Source: an uncultured candidate division Zixibacteria bacterium
Lineage (GTDB): Bacteria; Zixibacteria; MSB-5A5; RBG-16-43-9
NCBI GenBank assembly: GCA_963713865.1
Contig: OY970208.1
Span: 864,001-928,000 of the forward strand
Direction of reading: 5' to 3'
DNA: 64,000 nucleotides
Shown here: positions 61,038 through 64,000 of the stretch, piece by piece
How the letters are laid out: each line of letters begins with the position of its first letter
How positions within the stretch are numbered: position 1 is the stretch's first letter
The notes under the pieces: model-generated
Seen by the model: the letters and a program-made list of their open reading frames with translations, nothing else
The model's database searches: none
What the model was told of the DNA's origin: nothing
Position numbers and translations under genes: made by a program

Positions 61038-63664
61038 CTATTTTATGATGGCTAACTTTCCACTTGTGCTCCCGGAGGGAAAATCGACCCGGTAATAGTA
61101 AGCTCCGGAGGCTAAGGACCCTCCCCGCTGATTTTTAACATCCCAGACCACATCCGTAGAAGTGTTACCAGAAAGCTCCCGAATTAATTCACCTGATAAA
61201 GTAGTGATAATTATCTTCGAATTTAAAGGGATATTTCGAAAAGTAATAAAACTATCACCCTGAGAAGGTTTAAAAGGATTTGGAAAAACATGAATTGAAC
61301 CGGTGAAAAAAGAGGCTGGATCACTTATTGCAACTAATAAGTCTAAATCGTATACATTGACTCTCCAGAAATATCTCTTCCCCTCTTTTAAATCCCAGTT
61401 AGTTGTCCAGAAGATTACAAGGTCTTCCGGAATGTTTACATAGGGGGAGATAATTGTCCTGCCAGTGCTAAAGGATGCCTCTTCACTGATCTCAAATTTT
61501 GTTCTGATCCTTTCCCGGTCAAAACCGTTATGGATGAACTGAGCATTCAAAGTCGGACGAAGAGAAGTAACTAAATCATCTCCCACCGGTGAAAAAAGGT
61601 AAAGAGCATAGAGTGAATCTCCAATTCCAGTGGAAAGCTGGAAATGATACACCGTAGAGGTCTGGCTAGTATCGGTGGGGTAGGTATTGGTATAAGCCCG
61701 ACTTCTCCAGTAATAGACCCCAGAAGAGAGCTGGGTTGGAACAGTCCATTTGGTGGTACTGTCCTGGCCCGTTTCTAATTCAAACGGAGTGGACTCCTTT
61801 TTAAGTTGAGAGTCAAACTGGGTATTAGAATCCAGCTCGAAGTAGTAAAGCAAAGGCCTGCCTTCAGGATCCCGAGTGTTCTGGATGATAAGAGTTGGCT
61901 GGGTAGTATCCACAGTTGCACCGTTCTGCGGGGATAAAGGTTGTGGAGGATCAATTTGAGATGGAACCTCTCCACCAGTTGTCTTTATACCTATAAAACT
62001 CTCTGCATTCATTAATGAAATAGTATTAACTGAATCACCAGTTGAATTACCGTTAATGGTTAGCTTATAATAATATCCACCAAGAGGAATCCCTGAAGTA
62101 ACATCAGTATAATTAGAACCGTTTTCAGGTCTGGGTTTCCAAACAATGATACCATTACTAAATGGTCGCTTCCAGATAGTTGCTCCACTAACTGTAGTAG
62201 CTTTGGCAGTATCAGAAGGCACTCCTATATTCCTACCCATAATCCCAAACCACCATTTAGTAGTATCACCTAAAGCTATACCATAAGCAGGTTCGGTATC
62301 ATATAGGAAATAAATGGAATCACCATACATCAATAAATACTGACTATAAGAATTCATCCTATGTCTATTAGCATCACCATTAGTAGTCCCACCTACAGCG
62401 TGCATAAAGTGAAGGTTATAGCTATAAGGAGATTTTTCATATTTTCTTATACTCCCATATTTCGTTGCCCAATTATCAACATAATCATTACCATCCAGCC
62501 AAAATTCGTGCCACAAGCCATCAACTGAGCCACCATAGAGAATAGTATCCCAGCCAGCATGAACTTCATAGTTGTTAACAATTAAAAAACCATCAGTGCC
62601 CAGAACTGTCTTTTATCTGTTTTAAATAAGTTCTCTGTGCTGGTCGCCAGATATCATCGTCATCTAGACCTTCCTGACAAGCACCACCCATAACTATATC
62701 ATCCCACCAGCCAGAGCCAGAACTCCAGGTGCAACAGCTTTTTAGAACATCATCCGGGTATATGTCGGCTGGCTGTCTCGGTCGTGATTTAACTCTGGAG
62801 TGAAATAATCTACCCGCAAACTCTCTCATTTTCCAATGACGACAATTTATCAGGTAATAATCCCAGCTTACCGATGTTCTAATCCTTGCACAGGTATCCC
62901 GCATAGCAACCGCATTATGATTTGTAGCAGAAGGATTATCTACTATAAACCAGAGATAGGTATGAGAAGAAGGCTGGGTATGTAAATAAAGTCTTGTAGT
63001 AGTCGAACTGTCAACAGTTGTGCTAAAAGTATCAGCATTAGCATTCCAGCCCATTTTGACATAAGCATTCTGCCATTTATTAGCAGACCAGGAAATTCTC
63101 GATTGACCACCACCTGCATCCTGAATATAGTAGGGTGCAGAAGTCCTCTGAACGGTAAAATTTGTAGTGGCATTGTTATAGTCATAATCAGCATCCCAAT
63201 CTCTCTGCCAGTTACCATTAACATCGTTGGCTTTATCCCAGCCAGGCACTAATCGGTAACCATCATTTTGGTCGGGGTCGTTTTTGGGATGATAATAAGT
63301 GTTCTGAATAAAATGAGCCATTCCTGAATCTCTATGAACCGAGCCTGAATCAAAATAAGCATATAACCACGCTAAATCACTGCCAGTAAAAATATGGGCT
63401 AATTCATAATCACCAATTACCTGGTTTCTGGTAGAATGATTATAATACCAGTCCTTACCAGTTGTCTGCCAGTCTATATGTTCATCCCAAAAAGTAAACC
63501 AGAACACCTGTTGTTTCCGACCAATCTGGTGTCGAATGGCCATATAGATTGTAAGCACTCTTGTCTGTCCCCCCCAAAGCGATGACAGTGCTAAAAATGA
63601 TAAGTCCTAAACCCAAAAATGTTATAGTCAACATTCGCTTCTTTTCAAACGAGCCTATACGCAT
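61038..63664 (-). CDS. Large secreted putative glycoside-hydrolase-like protein with Ig/Fn3-like domains and T9SS/FlgD-like CTD, split by two frameshifts
   Basis: Signal peptide in 63482-63664; frames join near 63502 and 62603 (removing 2 nt gives 874 aa); WKRPFSNGIIVWKP resembles the GHL15 motif; tail FPNPF...WDVKNQRG..LASGAYYY..GKLAIIK. Confidence 0.75.
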
Positions 63665-63711
63665 AATTTATTACCTCCTGTGTAAAAATAAGGAATCGTT
63701 ATTCAATATTA

Positions 63712-63728
63712 CGCAAAAATAATGCCAG
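63712..63728 (-). promoter_or_regulatory. sigma54 (-24/-12) promoter candidate
   Basis: Minus strand CTGGCATTATTTTTGCG = GG-N10-GC, 48 nt upstream of the ATG, with SD AGGAGG. Confidence 0.6.
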
Positions 63729-64000
63729 TTGTCAAGTAGTTGATTTTTAGCATCTTATAAAAGTTTAATCCTAAATGTTTGTTCAATTTTTATACAAAAA
63801 AATCTAATTCGACTCAAATCCTCCTCTAACCGTTGGAAATATCATCACTTGACCCGATCATTTGAAAATTGAGCTTTTTATCAAATTTCATCAAACAATT
63901 TACTCTGGATAAATAGGAATAGCAACTCGTTCCTATAAAAATTGAAAAAAAGAATATCTTGAAGTTTGACTTAACGAGATTGAGATAGATAATTTCGCTA

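Noticed and set aside
63569-63575. G7 tract as a phase-variation switch for the large secreted gene
   Set aside because: G6 would restore the first junction, but the gene has a second break, and the shared GTTCTGG site explains both more simply; not fully excluded

Overview
AT-rich window from a Gram-negative bacterium. Dockerin-tailed secreted proteins, a T9SS/FlgD-like C-terminal domain and dense palindromic intergenic repeats suggest an FCB-group candidate phylum, probably Zixibacteria (inference). Left to right: kdsB-pyrG-kdsA-kdsC-kdsD-lpxL-lptC-lptB-rpoN-hpf-hprK; mlaD and a frameshifted GH57; Mut7-C, M50 protease, SOD and an SBBP-dockerin protein; a pentaheme cytochrome divergent from etfBA/Fe-S oxidoreductase/nadA; mutM and an apparently autoregulated rex; MFS and an ABC ATPase. 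An accessory region (30.5-35.2 kb) holds a duplicated [membrane-anchored TolB-like propeller + secreted amidase] cassette, then an unannotated stand-alone 26-aa peptide gene. A signalling block follows (dual REC, Ser/Thr kinase-STAND-TPR, GAF-PAS kinase, RsbU/W/V-like trio, NACHT-HEAT), then an exosortase-type glycosylation locus bracketed by a TWGxIK-tailed and a T9SS-like-tailed protein, the latter with a sigma54-type promoter. All three visible frameshifts sit at the same GTTCTGG motif. No rRNA, tRNA, CRISPR or transposase was recognised.
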